A stretch of 63,929 bases of DNA, counting the filler, from Aduncisulcus paluster (taxonomy: Eukaryota): assembly GCA_024181965.1 (NCBI GenBank). It is 9 parts of 9 records of this genome, joined end to end, with 100 filler letters (N's around TTAATTAATTAA, not from the genome) between each part and the next. Parts side by side here need not be neighbours in the genome. Positions count along the whole stretch, not along the records: positions 10,601 to 20,424 come from BQXS01010067.1; positions 20,525 to 26,082 come from BQXS01010069.1; 7 more parts are not named here. The stretch is one strand, 5' to 3'. The notes beneath the pieces are model-generated. The model searched no databases, was not told the origin of the DNA, and was given only the letters and a program-made list of their open reading frames with translations. Positions 12,401 through 24,621 of the stretch are shown piece after piece. The first letter of the stretch is position 1; each line of letters starts with the position of its first letter. The translations under genes and the position numbers were made by a program.

Positions 12401-15016
12401 TTACAATTTTTTCTCGATTCCTCGTAGAATAACGGCACAGACGGTATGATTGTTTTTGCTTGCCAATTGAGAAGGAAATTCTATTCCCTTTTCCTTTTGT
12501 TGTTTTATAAATTGGGATTCATATTTAGCCAACAAAGCAGCACATCCGTGCTTGCCCTTCAACGCTGCGCAATGGATTGCTAAGTGCCCATCCTTATTCA
12601 CCAGTCCAGCCTCTTGAGTTGCCAAAATTCCAACCACATTATCATTCCCTTGTGTTGCCGCATACATCAGAGCTGACCAACCATCAGAATCCTGCATTCG
12701 GTAGAGTGACGAATCCAGGAGAGAAATTCCCTTGAGATTGCCTCGGAAAGCGACGTACATCAGAGGAGTTCTTCCCTTTTTATCTTTGATTAATAACAAC
12801 TCATTCAGGGCATCCAATCCTTTCTTTTCAATGAGATCAGAACACATGTATGAAAATAAGGGTGTCCTTCCACATTCCGACACTGTAGCAAGTTCTTTCT
12901 TAGATTTTGAAAGTTCGATAATGGAATCAGTGTGACCAAAATAGCAGGCGAAAGCGAGAGCAGAAAAAGGTTTACAATTGAATGATACATCTTCAGAAGC
13001 ATCACTCTTAGAATCATCGCTTGATCGTAAAATCATTCCACCAAACTTATGTACCAATTTCCTGATGTTCACCACATCTCCCCGTGCGGCAGCCTTCATC
13101 AAAGGAGTTTCTTCTCTTGTATATGGATATTCTGAGGTGAGTTTTTCAGGATCTACAGTGGATAAGAATTCCACAATGTCTTGATGTCCTGAAGCCTTCG
13201 CCATATCCAATGCAGTCTTGCCCTCATCGTCTTTGTGCCCAGCCTCTCCATATTTACCATGTGCCCAATGTATATCCTTTGGTCTTGCATCATCAAGATC
13301 CTTGCCTTCCTCTCCCTCTTCTCCTTTCTTCTCTCCCTCTCCCAGATCTGAACATAAAAGTTCAGCAATGACACATCTATTNNNNNNNNNNNNNNNNNNN
13401 NTCCAATGCAGTCTTGCCCTCATCGTCTTTGTGCCCAGCCTCTCCATATTTACCATGTGCCCAATGTATATCCTTTGGTCTTGCATCATCAAGATCCTTG
13501 CCTTCCTCTCCCTCTTCTCCTTTCTTCTCTCCCTCTCCCAGATCTGAACATAAAAGTTCAGCAATGACACATCTATTCTCATCATTGTATGAAAGAGCAG
13601 TGTGGATAAGAGCTGATCTTCCCATGCCATCTATCCTGCCCCGTTCACATAAGAGACAAGCAACACTCGAAATATACCCAAGATAACTGCTCCACATCAA
13701 AGCAGTCATACCAGAACTATCAAAGAGAAACTTCTCAGATGAAACGAGGAGAGAAAGACATTCAGCGTGAGCCAATGATGCGGATATAATTAGAGCGGTC
13801 TGAGAAAGAGGACCGAGTAACCGAGATTCATATGGAAGAAGAGCACACACAACCTCCGTATGATTATTTGATGCTGCGAAAGATAGAGCAGAGAATGGTT
13901 GCAAAACATCATCTTTCAAACTCTGTCTCAGAACAGAAGATTGTTGATGCCCATCTCCGAAAGAAGAAGGAACGAGAACATTACCTAATTCAACAGAGCC
14001 AATGCTTATTAATGCCTGAATAGTCTTTAAATCACCGATCTTGGCGGCCTGCATTAATGTTGTAAGATTCGTAACTTCTTTGGAAGGGCGACGAATTATG
14101 ACATTCTCTCCGGTCATAGGATCATTAACATAGCCAATACGAGTCATTTGATCACAATCAGGTCCATTTTTATGTGCGGAAGAATCATTTCCGGTTAAAA
14201 ACGGCAATTTCCGTCTCCGGACGGAAGGAGAAGTCATTACAATTGGTTTGGACACTTTTCTGATTGGAGATTCTGCAACAGGAGATAGAGATGGTCTCCT
14301 TGGGAGTTTTTTTGGAGTAGTTACAACTGGAGGATTGGTTACAACTGGAGGATTGGAATGATTGTCACTAGAGGTGGTTGGAGAGATTGTATCTGGCTCA
14401 GAACTGGCAGAAATAGCCTCTTTTTCTTGTTTTTTTGGTTCTTCAATCACCGGAATCTCTTCTTTTTTCTCTTTTGGTGGAGAAACAGTTTTTTTTGATT
14501 CAGATTTCTCATCTTTTGTTTTGTAGAGTTGAATTACTGCCTCAAAAAGCTCATCGACTCCAATATTATCCTTAGAACTAGTCTCATATACTTTAGAGGG
14601 GGATATTTCGTTAAGTTTTGCCATATACTCAGGATTCTTAATATCACATTTAGTTGCGACAATAATAGATGGAATATCGACAGATTCAATAATATTTTCA
14701 CTATCTATCTCAACAGAAACATCAACACACTTCGCTATCACATTGAACGAACCAGAAATGGGAACATCAGCAGACTTAATGTGCATTTCGATCTCAAAAT
14801 CACCAACTTTTATCGTTTCAACTGATACTGAAGTAACATCTGTTTCTTCAGATGAAAATGTCCTGTGTTTTGCCTTGTAGAGTCGAATAAAACAAATTTC
14901 TGTGAGCCAAGCAAATTTACCAAGAAAATATCGAGAAATATTCAACATACAAAGTATACCAAACTACTCTTTCCACATCCAGGCTTTCCTATAAATTGAA
15001 TTTTGATTCGATTCAT
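12401..15016 (-). CDS. Ras-like GTPase domain fused to ankyrin repeats
   Basis: Exon 1 from ATG 15016: MNRIKIQFIGKPGCGKSSLVYF. Intron 14950-14874 (GTATGT...AAG). G4 TKCD and G5 ETSSK follow, then a P/S-rich linker and many ankyrin repeats (TLMQAA, GMTALMW, TPLMKAA, GWSALMYAA). The gene spans the duplicated gap at 13382-13401. Confidence 0.8.
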
Positions 15017-15345
15017 GTTTTGTGTTCAAATCATTAATATCCGTTGTTTGGAGAAAAAAAGCTGTATTATTCCTAATGATCTACCTTTATAAGATCAATA
15101 CATCAATAAAAGCACTAATATTTATTATTATGGCACAGCAAACTTCAAGAATGGTAGTAATGAATGAATCTGACTTTGATTAGAGAAAAAGTCGGACTTT
15201 TTCTATTCTTAAATCTCTAAAGTTTACCAACTGATTGAGAAACACGTTAAATAAATTAAATATTGTGAACACAAAACGAGAAAAGACAAAATAAACGACG
15301 AATAAAATAAATTCAAATAAAAAATAATCTTCAAAACAATGATAA

Positions 15346-16902
15346 TCATGGGATTGATTTCCTTTTCTCTTCCATTTCCTTTGTTTTCGACTGAACAGGT
15401 GATGAAAAGACACTTTCTTCATCATCAGCATCAATAATTTCTTCAATCTTAACAATTCGATCAGGATGAGTTTCCTTTATCATTGGAGAAAAGATACACG
15501 AGATTGAAGCGAGAATAGCAAGAGTCATCCACATGTAAGAGTATCCTTCTGGAGTGTAAACAACTTCACCTTCAGAATCATAAGTTTCCCCTCCAAGAGC
15601 AATAATTTTGGACAAAACACTCTGTAAAATAGCCGATCCAAGGAAAGGGAAGACGTTGAATACACCATTGGCGGTCGTAGCTATGTTGGGAGGAAAGAGC
15701 TCTTTTACGTTTGTATAGCAAACGCAAATCACATCACTACATCCTATTGCAAATACAAAGAATAAAACATATAAAAGCCAATCAGGGAGTGAATTACCCC
15801 AAATTGTCATAAACCAGAATGATACAGCGTTCACAAACCCAAATATAATAATGGTGACTTTTCTTGACTTGAGAATGTTGGAACTTATTGAATCGACAAT
15901 AGGTGTCCCAATAAGCATTCCAATTGGGAGCATTAAGAGTAAAGACGCTGACTGACTCGTTGAAAATCCATATACATCTTCGGCAAAAGGTTTCCCCCAT
16001 AAAGAAGAAAGAGCAAAATAATTGCAATTCGTAAAGAAAATAAATATCACAACAGGCCAGAAAAACTTTGACGAAAGAATAGTTTTCAATGCAATAGGAA
16101 GGTTTTTAGCACTTCTTTTAATGGAGGCCACCCAAGCTTTATGAACAATTTCTTTGGATATCGTTGGAGATTCAATTTGAAGCATCTTTCTCATCGAAGT
16201 CTCTTCATTGACGGGTTTCCAATTCATTTGCTCAGGATAATCACGAGCAAGAACGAATAAGAGAACTGCAGCAATCACATCTGCAAAACCAATTATCCAA
16301 AATGTCCAACGATATCCAACGGCATCTACAAGAGCTTTGAGGGGAACAGTGGCCAAAATACCACCTAAACCACCACAAGCAAGCATCACAGAGGTCATAA
16401 GACCGAATTTTTTCTTGGGCCACCAAACGACATTGAAACGAGAAATTGGAACAAACACAAATGAAACTCCAATTCCAACAAACACCCGACCAACGACTAA
16501 CATTCCATAACTGTTTGAAAACCCCATAACAATGGCCCCCAAAGCTGTTACAAATGCAGCCATGGCAACACAGAGTCGAGATCCAAGAATATCAGCAACC
16601 ATCCCACCCGGAATCTGGAAAAGAGAATAAAGCCAGAAATAAACAGAAGAAAGAATTCCAAGTTTATCCAACGTAACACCCTCGACTTTCTCAGTTAGTT
16701 CATCACTCAAAACAGCTAAACACACACGATGAAAGAAAACAATGATATATATCAGACAACAGAGGACAAGAATTGAAAACCGCTGGATCTGAAACACAGA
16801 ATTGTGATCTTTTAATTCCTCCATCCTCGAATTGAACTGGCGAAAGAGTATATTTTTTTCTTCTTCATGTGGCATCAATGAGAAACGTACCCAAAAAGAC
16901 AT
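15346..16902 (-). CDS. Major facilitator superfamily transporter (about 12 TM, OPA/sugar-phosphate-like)
   Basis: YIIVFFHR, motif A-like QIPGGMVADILGSR, GRVFVGIG and ATANGVFN. Alternative start at 16824. Confidence 0.9.
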   Translation of the reverse strand: MSFWVRFSLMPHEEEKNILFRQFNSRMEELKDHNSVFQIQRFSILVLCCLIYIIVFFHRVCLAVLSDELTEKVEGVTLDKLGILSSVYFWLYSLFQIPGGMVADILGSRLCVAMAAFVTALGAIVMGFSNSYGMLVVGRVFVGIGVSFVFVPISRFNVVWWPKKKFGLMTSVMLACGGLGGILATVPLKALVDAVGYRWTFWIIGFADVIAAVLLFVLARDYPEQMNWKPVNEETSMRKMLQIESPTISKEIVHKAWVASIKRSAKNLPIALKTILSSKFFWPVVIFIFFTNCNYFALSSLWGKPFAEDVYGFSTSQSASLLLMLPIGMLIGTPIVDSISSNILKSRKVTIIIFGFVNAVSFWFMTIWGNSLPDWLLYVLFFVFAIGCSDVICVCYTNVKELFPPNIATTANGVFNVFPFLGSAILQSVLSKIIALGGETYDSEGEVVYTPEGYSYMWMTLAILASISCIFSPMIKETHPDRIVKIEEIIDADDEESVFSSPVQSKTKEMEEKRKSIP

Positions 16903-17134
16903 AAAATTAACGAAAAATGTATAATTTGAAAGATTTTATTTTAATATTATATTATAGGGATTCGTCGCCGACAATAGTTGGATATCCGTGAATATCAACA
17001 ATGTAAGAAATATAAATATTTCTATTACCAGATTTCTGCAAAAAATTACAAAATAGTATAACCATGGAGTCTATGAGTTGGGAAGATTTCTTTAACGAAT
17101 CAGAGTTGTCATTTGTATAACATCTAAATTAAAT

Positions 17135-17740
17135 ATGAATATAGAAACAAGTTTTTGTGATATTCCATCTATTCAAGATAGAGTTATGGGCGTTGAAACA
17201 GATTTTCTTCAAAGAGAGAAGGTTCTTCTCGGGCATTTGAATCAACGTGAATTCCTCAAAGGAATTCACAGCTCTCTGATCGGTTCTTATTCTGGACTTC
17301 CTTTGATTGAGAAAAAGAGTTTGGAAGTTGAAAATGTTTGTATTATGGAGTTGGATCGTATTAGAAGCTCAAAGCCTGGATTCTCTCCTGAGTCAATGGT
17401 TGCAGGATTTGGTTTAGAAATAACACCCATTGCTGCCGACAAAGATGATTTTACTTCTAGTGTTGTCGAATTGCTTGAGAAGTTAAATAATTTATATAAT
17501 CTTATGATTCTCGGTGGAGATACGATAGCTACATATGAGAAGATATTGTTTGACGTTGAAGAAATCATGAAAAGGAGATACTTTGTTAGTTTACGTTCAA
17601 GAGATAGTTTTTTCTCCATGGTTGCCGAACTCAAGTCAATGCCTCCAACCACTATTCTTGATCCTGAGGGAAAACAGCTTATTACATATGATGGAGTGAT
17701 TCAATCTGTTAAAAATGATATCAAAAAATTAAAGAAATAA
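17135..17740 (+). CDS. Hypothetical protein (may have an upstream exon from about 17064)
   Basis: 201-aa ORF with coding-like composition between AT-rich spacers. Confidence 0.5.
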   Translation: MNIETSFCDIPSIQDRVMGVETDFLQREKVLLGHLNQREFLKGIHSSLIGSYSGLPLIEKKSLEVENVCIMELDRIRSSKPGFSPESMVAGFGLEITPIAADKDDFTSSVVELLEKLNNLYNLMILGGDTIATYEKILFDVEEIMKRRYFVSLRSRDSFFSMVAELKSMPPTTILDPEGKQLITYDGVIQSVKNDIKKLKK

Positions 17741-17973
17741 ATATGATTATATTATGTTTTATTTTCAGAATGGAATGTTTGCACTTTTGTAATTCTCGGA
17801 GGAAAATATCTATTTTTAGAATTTTTAAATTTTATTTTTTATTTTAAAAGTAATATATTTAAATTAAATTAATAAAAATAAATTATACATAACAAATATT
17901 TCAATTGTTCTAAAAATAGTTATATTTTGTTGTTTTAAAACTGCATTTAAGATCCAAAATAATTACTTTATTT

Positions 17974-18543
17974 TTATTCTAAATAAGAAAGTACTTCAAG
18001 AAATGTTTTGCAAAAAAAATCAAAATCTTGATAATTAATTGTTTGAAGAGAAGAAAAACGTGATTTTTCATAAAGAGACAAATAGTCTTGACATTTCGGG
18101 GATGGCAATTTCAATTTTCCAATAAACACATTCTCTATCCATTGTCGGACACTTTGACCTTTTTTCCTCGCATAGTCAGGATTTAGCGATTTAACTTTTT
18201 CTTCAATCATAATATGACTTCTTGATATAATTTGTTTGAAATTCACGGCTCCCAATTCACCAGGTTGCCCATATCCATATGTGTCATAATTCTTACCTGG
18301 AGTATCAGTTGGATTATCAATCGACTGAAAATATTTCCTCTTTTGCTCTTTGACAATCTTACTGGCCCAATACCCTCTAGGGTCAGATAATTTTAAATCT
18401 TCCATTTTGAACTGTTGACATGAATTAATATTTCGTTTCTTCAATTGTGGTGATAATATAATGATTATTGTAAAAGATACACAAGCACCAACAAGAATCA
18501 ACACTTGTGTAAGAGCTGACAATACTTCAGAACCTTCTGGCAT
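17974..18543 (-). CDS. Hypothetical protein with an N-terminal transmembrane anchor
   Basis: ATG-initiated 189-aa ORF. Hydrophobic segment VLILVGACVSFTIIIIL is followed by basic residues. Confidence 0.55.
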   Translation of the reverse strand: MPEGSEVLSALTQVLILVGACVSFTIIIILSPQLKKRNINSCQQFKMEDLKLSDPRGYWASKIVKEQKRKYFQSIDNPTDTPGKNYDTYGYGQPGELGAVNFKQIISRSHIMIEEKVKSLNPDYARKKGQSVRQWIENVFIGKLKLPSPKCQDYLSLYEKSRFSSLQTINYQDFDFFCKTFLEVLSYLE

Positions 18544-18685
18544 ATGATTCCTTCTATTTGGAGAAAAAAAATTTGATGATTATATTTAAATAAATTAAAT
18601 AATATGAATGTCGGAGAACTTCAAACGTTTTTGCAATGTTTTTTGGAGTCCCAAAGCGAATTTTATAGAACAATCATTAATCTAA

Positions 18686-20424
18686 ATGAATTGGTTTCTC
18701 TTTTTTATTTTTATTTTTTATACATATTCTTGTGTTTTCTCTAGTTTAGAAGATAATATCCGAAATATTATCTCGACGGGTACTGAGCTTGCAGATGCTC
18801 TTGATACCTTTATTTCTGAAGAATCCATTACTGATTACTCAAGTTCAATAGTTTCATCAGAAAATGAACTTGATTTTTCCGGGTATACAGAAATATTTTC
18901 ATCAGAACTTACTTCTGTCCTTGAAAAAATGGTAACTAATATCAGGACAACATTTTCTGTTATTTATGAAAGTGATTCTTCTGAAACCTCTTCTGATGAC
19001 CTTGTTTCTGTTGTCGACATGACCCAACCCATTACAACCTCTACAAAGAGTTATTCACCCGTTCATGTTTACAACGGAGAGGAATTAGTTATCGATAGAG
19101 ATAATCTAGGTGTTTTTTTGGGAGATTATCTTTCAGATGACGTTAAAGAAGCTGCGACTTCTGTTCCTTCATCCATTCGTGATTCATTCGTCGATCTCAC
19201 AACATTGTCCAATGAAGATAATTTACTCAATGTTCACGATAAAACCTTTAAATCAACGACCGAAACCGTACCAAATCCTCTTTTATTTGCCAAGACAATT
19301 CAACCCGAAGGATCAATGTTTGTATCACCTGCTTCACATTTTCTTGATGCTGATCTTGCTGCATCTGTGGCATCTCGTGCCAATTTTGATCCTCGTTCAA
19401 CGATTGAATACAAAACAGGAATTTCTCTTGGAATGCGTCGAGGGATTGGAATTGTCATTGATACCACTGTTGATTCTGTGTTAAGTTCAGTATTGGAAGA
19501 TGAAGACATAGCAGAATATGCCATACATGCTTTAAAACGTACCACAGATCTTATTTTGAGTCAATTTACAGATAATGACTATTTCACTGTTTTCTCAACA
19601 GATGGTGTTTTTAATGGAGTTCCAATCCAAGATAATGAGAATACATCACTTTCTGGGCTTTACAGAAGTGAATCAGCCACTTTAGATTACATTCGCGACC
19701 AAATGATCGATTACTTTGACAATATCTCTCCATTATCGCTTTGCCAACAAACCTCCATTCCAAGAAGTATGAGAGTTGAAGAACACGCCGATACACCACG
19801 GATGGAAGCCATTGTGAGTGCAAGTAATTATATTTGTGCCGCTCAATCATCTGATGTTACTCTGGAAACAGTAATTGCTGAAAGAGTTGAAAGTTTGATT
19901 GGGTTTTCGACTTCTCAACAAAACATGTCCGATTCTCATCCGTTACCTGCAGGATCTCCACTCTATTTAGTTGTGATCTCCCTTGGTTCGATCTTTCACG
20001 AGTCTTTCCCAACTTCTTTGTCTAAACAACTCACCAGTAACAATTCGAATATAATTCCCATCATTCTGCGTCTAACTCTTGAACAGTTTGATGACACAAA
20101 CCCTTCATGGAGACAGAAGAGTCCATATTTTGCTCGTAAAGCCGCGTGTACCCTGAATGGAATGTACTTTGAGGTGGATGTCCTTCAAATGAAGGAAGGC
20201 CTGGAAGAAGAAGAGGTTTCTGTCGACATTATTCATAGATTTGAATATACACAGGATGCAAAACAACTTATAAAAATAGAAAGAGATCTTGAGAACTTCT
20301 TCTTTGCACACTGTTTCTCTATTTTTAGATATATCGGTCCTCAATGTGACGGATCTATGTGTTCAATCAAAGATTCAGGTTTAAATATTCCTATTTCCAT
20401 GCACATTGGTATTGAACCTTTCCT
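18686..20424 (+). CDS. Secreted VWA-domain protein, alpha2delta/CACHD-like; 3'-truncated
   Basis: Signal peptide. FDPRSTIEY...GIVIDTT, LKRTTDLILSQFTDNDYFTVF and AACTLNGMYFEV parallel the alpha2delta motifs YDxRxRPWY...ILVDxSGS, TLSDDDFVNV and MACxNKGYY. Confidence 0.55.
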
Positions 20425-20524
20425 NNNNNNNNNNNNNNNNNNNNNNNNNNNNNNNNNNNNNNNNNNNNTTAATTAATTAANNNNNNNNNNNNNNNNNNNN
20501 NNNNNNNNNNNNNNNNNNNNNNNN

Positions 20525-22491
20525 CTTCCTCATTTGACTGTTCAGATGTTCAGATATTCAAAGAAATTGAAGTTTCTGGTGTAACAGACACTCCATACTT
20601 CACGATAACACTGGATACAATCAACACGAATACTGGAGATAATATCACTATAGCTGGGACATACCTTTTAGTTGCAACAGTCTCACAGGCTGAAGAATGT
20701 ACCGATTCATGCATGTCATACGAAACTCACTTGCCTGTCGAAATGCGTCTGTCTGCTTCCATTCACAGTGGTCCTTGCGATTCTTTCCAGATAACTCCCC
20801 TGAATTCAACAACCGGTTTACCCAAGGATGAACCTCATCATCACACCGATTTGAGTGATATTGTGATTGTTCCATTCAGTGTGATCCAAATGAGGGTTCG
20901 GTGTGTTGATTCTTACCTCAATGTGGCCAAAGAGGTATCGTTTGATGATGAAACTGAAGCCAACATGGATTGTCGTATCCTTGGCCTCGAAGAAGAAGAC
21001 AAAATCCTCTCCACGTTTACCACATATGATGGGGGATTCTCAGGGACTTGGAACATTATGCCTGCTGTTCTTGATGATTATATTGATATTATGGACCAGT
21101 TGGCCTCCTCGGATATCCTCACACTCAACGGCATTGTTCCTGTTGCTTCTACTTCTATCACTTTTCCCAGTGAGAATGATGTCACTCTTGTTACTCAGAC
21201 GAAAGATACGTCAATATTCGACTCGAATACTCCTCTCGTCAAGGCCAGTGGATACTTTTCCCCTGTTCCTTTTGATGAGGTGATAGCTTCGATGAAGTCT
21301 CTCTCAGAATCTATTTTTGGATGGGTTTATAGTGGGGATGATAGTTTCCTTGAATCAACCTATTCAAGTGAGATATTCTCAACTAGTTTTGCCCAAGGCA
21401 TTCAATCTCAATCAAATTCATCTGAAACTGGAACGATCAAGATTTCAGTTCCCTCCAAAATTGGAGACTCTTCCTTTGGATTCCATCTATTCAAGACCCC
21501 GGACTCATTGGGTACTCCCATCACAGATTCAGCATATTCCAGTGTATATGTATATAACTTTGCTGATACCGATGAGGTCTTTGAGATTCTCGAAGAAGTT
21601 ACACTAACTATTGTTGGATTTACTTCCTACGAGTCTGTGATCATTGTTAAAAATAAGTCAAGCTCTACAAGTAACACCCTTGTGTATGAATTCAAGGGAA
21701 AGCCTGTATGGTGGGTTTATGTTCTCGCCATCCTTCTTATATTATCCGTTATGGCATCCGTTGCATATTGTGTATTGTGGTGTGTCACTGGTTCCCGATT
21801 GAAAGAATTCGAACACGATCTATCCCTGCCATTCTGTGCCTGTAGTATTGTATGGACACTTGGGAAGGCCATCATTGAGCGTCATAAACGTCGTGAAAGG
21901 CGTCGTAACCGTTCCCACTCGTTATATGACAATCAAGAGATGGTTGAACTCGATTATGGGGATGACGAAGAAGAAGAAGAGCATAAGAAGACATTCATTG
22001 TGAAGAGGAGGCGTAAGAAGAAGGTTGCCACGGTCAAACCTGATGCCAGTGGGATTGAAATGGTTGAACAACGTCTCGATATTCCAGACGATGATGCACA
22101 GATCCAATCGAGTGGAATTGTTGGAGGTGATACATCTGTTCAATCGCCCTCATCTGACATTGCTTCGCCCTCTCGTAAAGCTTCTCTTAAGAAAGGGAAG
22201 AAGAAAACCAAGGGAAAGACTCCATCAGCAAAGACATCTCCTACAATTCCAACTGGGGATGATATGGGTCCTTCTGTGGTTCTTCCTAGCATAGAAGAGG
22301 ATGGAGCAGATGGTAACTCAGTATCTTTGCCGATTCCTTCCCCATCGTTGCCCAAGAAAAGGCCCAAGAAGAAGAAGAAACAGAAGGGAAAAGATGTTGA
22401 AATGACTCAATCTGATCTTGAGGCTGGAATCGATTTACCAGCTGTTAAGACCCCAAAGAAAATTAAAAAGAAGAAACTAAAGAAAATTTAG
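20525..22491 (+). CDS. Single-pass membrane/surface protein, 5'-truncated
   Basis: Long S/T/D-rich ectodomain, TM segment WWVYVLAILLILSVMASVAYCVLWC and a Lys-rich cytoplasmic tail. Confidence 0.7.
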
Positions 22492-22735
22492 AGTTTATTC
22501 TGTTTTTTTTTTTTTTTTTTTTTTTTTTTTTCGATTCCTAGTCTCTTTGGCTCGTTTATTTTTATCTTTTTTATTTATTTTCAATATTTTGGATGCGTTG
22601 AAATAATTCACCGATAATTTCTTCCTTTTAGTGTTATACTTGTCATCATATCTCAATAAATAATAATCTATTCATATGTCCTGTTTTTGCGAAGGTAGAA
22701 AGACATCGTGTCAGTGGTACATTCAAAAACAAAAA

Positions 22736-22838
22736 TCCTTCCACCCGGACTCGAACCAGGAACCCTTCGATTACTACTGCTTACGAACAAAGGACTAAAA
22801 GCTACAGTCGAATGCTCTTCCAATTGAGCTATAGAAGG
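22736..22838 (-). tRNA. tRNA-Tyr(GTA) with a 30-nt intron at 37/38
   Basis: Minus strand reads CCTTCTA TAGCTCAATTGGAAGAGC A TTCGA CT GTA G [intron 22801-22772] A TCGAA GGGTT CCTGG TTCGAGT CCGGG TGGAAGG A, followed by a TTTTT Pol III terminator. Mature length is 73 nt. Confidence 0.95.
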
Positions 22839-23383
22839 AAATGACCATTCTAAATGGAGAATTACATACATCAATAAGAAAACAAATACCTTCGAATTTC
22901 TTTCCAACTCTAATCAATTATTTACCATTACAATTATTCTGAAGCAAAGCATTGCTCAATTTATTAAAAAACGCGTTTGTTTATCATGTACATTGTACAC
23001 CTGGTGTAACACCTCAATCAAAGAGTTTCCAAGAAAATATATTTCTCTTTTATCGCCATTATGAGGGGAAGAATAGGAAATCTGTCAAAGGGCGGACCAA
23101 AAGGTTCCCCTCTATTCATACCTGATGTGATAAAATATGGCGAATACCGTATACTTATGTTGTGGAATGAAGGTCATTCTGATGCAACCGAACGAATGCC
23201 ACCAAAATGTACAATACTTATTGGTGCTGATCATAACGACACTTGAGAGTTGAGGAATATGGAAGATGAATCCAAATCTCAGAGAAAGGTCAAAAAGAAA
23301 CGTAAATAGAACACATAAATCTCTATTACTTTCAAAAAGGCACTTTGATTAAAGATTTCAGTCAATCATAACTATTATTATTA

Positions 23384-24621
23384 TTATTTGGATTGGCGTT
23401 TTTGTTGGGCAATTGACATTTCAATACTTTTGATCTCAGAAACATCCTTGGCAATATCTGATAGAATGGGTTGTATCGATTGAGTAACTTTAATACACTC
23501 GACTGCTGCCGAAGCAAGCGCTGTATTACTTCCGGTTTTTAATCCTTTCACACCAAATGCACGCTCGAGTCCTTCCAGGGCATCCTCAGCTTCCCTCAAC
23601 TCTTGGGGGACAGAATAAACATCAATTTCAAGACCAAGGGGAGAATCTCCAGGAGTTTCTATTTTTGATTTCTCAAATGCAATAATATCTTCAAAAGTTT
23701 GACCAGATTCTGTGGTCTCTTCTTCCCGAGTATCATCCTTAAGAGCAACTGGTTGAAATATCGCNNNNNNNNNNNNNNNNNNNNAGAAACATCCTTGGCA
23801 ATATCTGATAGAATGGGTTGTATCGATTGAGTAACTTTAATACACTCGACTGCTGCCGAAGCAAGCGCTGTATTACTTCCGGTTTTTAATCCTTTCACAC
23901 CAAATGCACGCTCGAGTCCTTCCAGGGCATCCTCAGCTTCCCTCAACTCTTGGGGGACAGAATAAACATCAATTTCAAGACCAAGGGGAGAATCTCCAGG
24001 AGTTTCTATTTTTGATTTCTCAAATGCAATAATATCTTCAAAAGTTTGACCAGATTCTGTGGTCTCTTCTTCCCGAGTATCATCCTTAAGAGCAACTGGT
24101 TGAAATATCGCACAATCCATAACTTTGGCCATTTTTTCACAATCTGAGGAAATTTTAGCGATGGTTTCTTCAAGATCTTCATCATCCTGAACCAATTCTC
24201 GCTCACAGAGATGTTTTATCTGATGAACTAATTCTGCATGCTCTTCTAATGATTTTGCTTTCATCGATGTTCCATGTGCAACTGCAGCACTGAAAATATT
24301 CGCATTTGCGGTACAACATCCATCCATTCTTGCTTTTCGAGCAGCACTTTCGGCAGCACCGGCAACATACATCCATCTGGATATTTCAAGCATATTTCCA
24401 ATCCAATCATTTTTAATCATTGATTGATCAAGCGGAAGCGATGATGGTGATGCTGTTGGAACCGATGATAACCTTGAATTGGTCCTAGAAGGTACAATTC
24501 TTGACTTGGTTTTTTTTAACTTTTTTCCATCTATTTGCATTTCTTTTGCATGTTTATGTTTATATTTATCCATGTTGATAACAAAAGAGGGTCCAACTTC
24601 AGGACTTTCAGATGAACTCAT
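23384..24621 (-). CDS. Coiled-coil protein, weakly HAUS8/QWRF-like
   Basis: One gene once the duplicated 20-N gap (23765-23784) is collapsed. Basic/Ser-rich N-terminus followed by a helical region. Confidence 0.6.

Noticed and set aside
23061-23310. Short ORF whose TGA (23244) is followed by an open Lys-rich frame; considered selenocysteine/readthrough or a retroviral protease remnant (ILIGAD)
   Set aside because: No redox motif, SECIS element or catalytic DSG/DTG is evident. All confident genes use standard stops.
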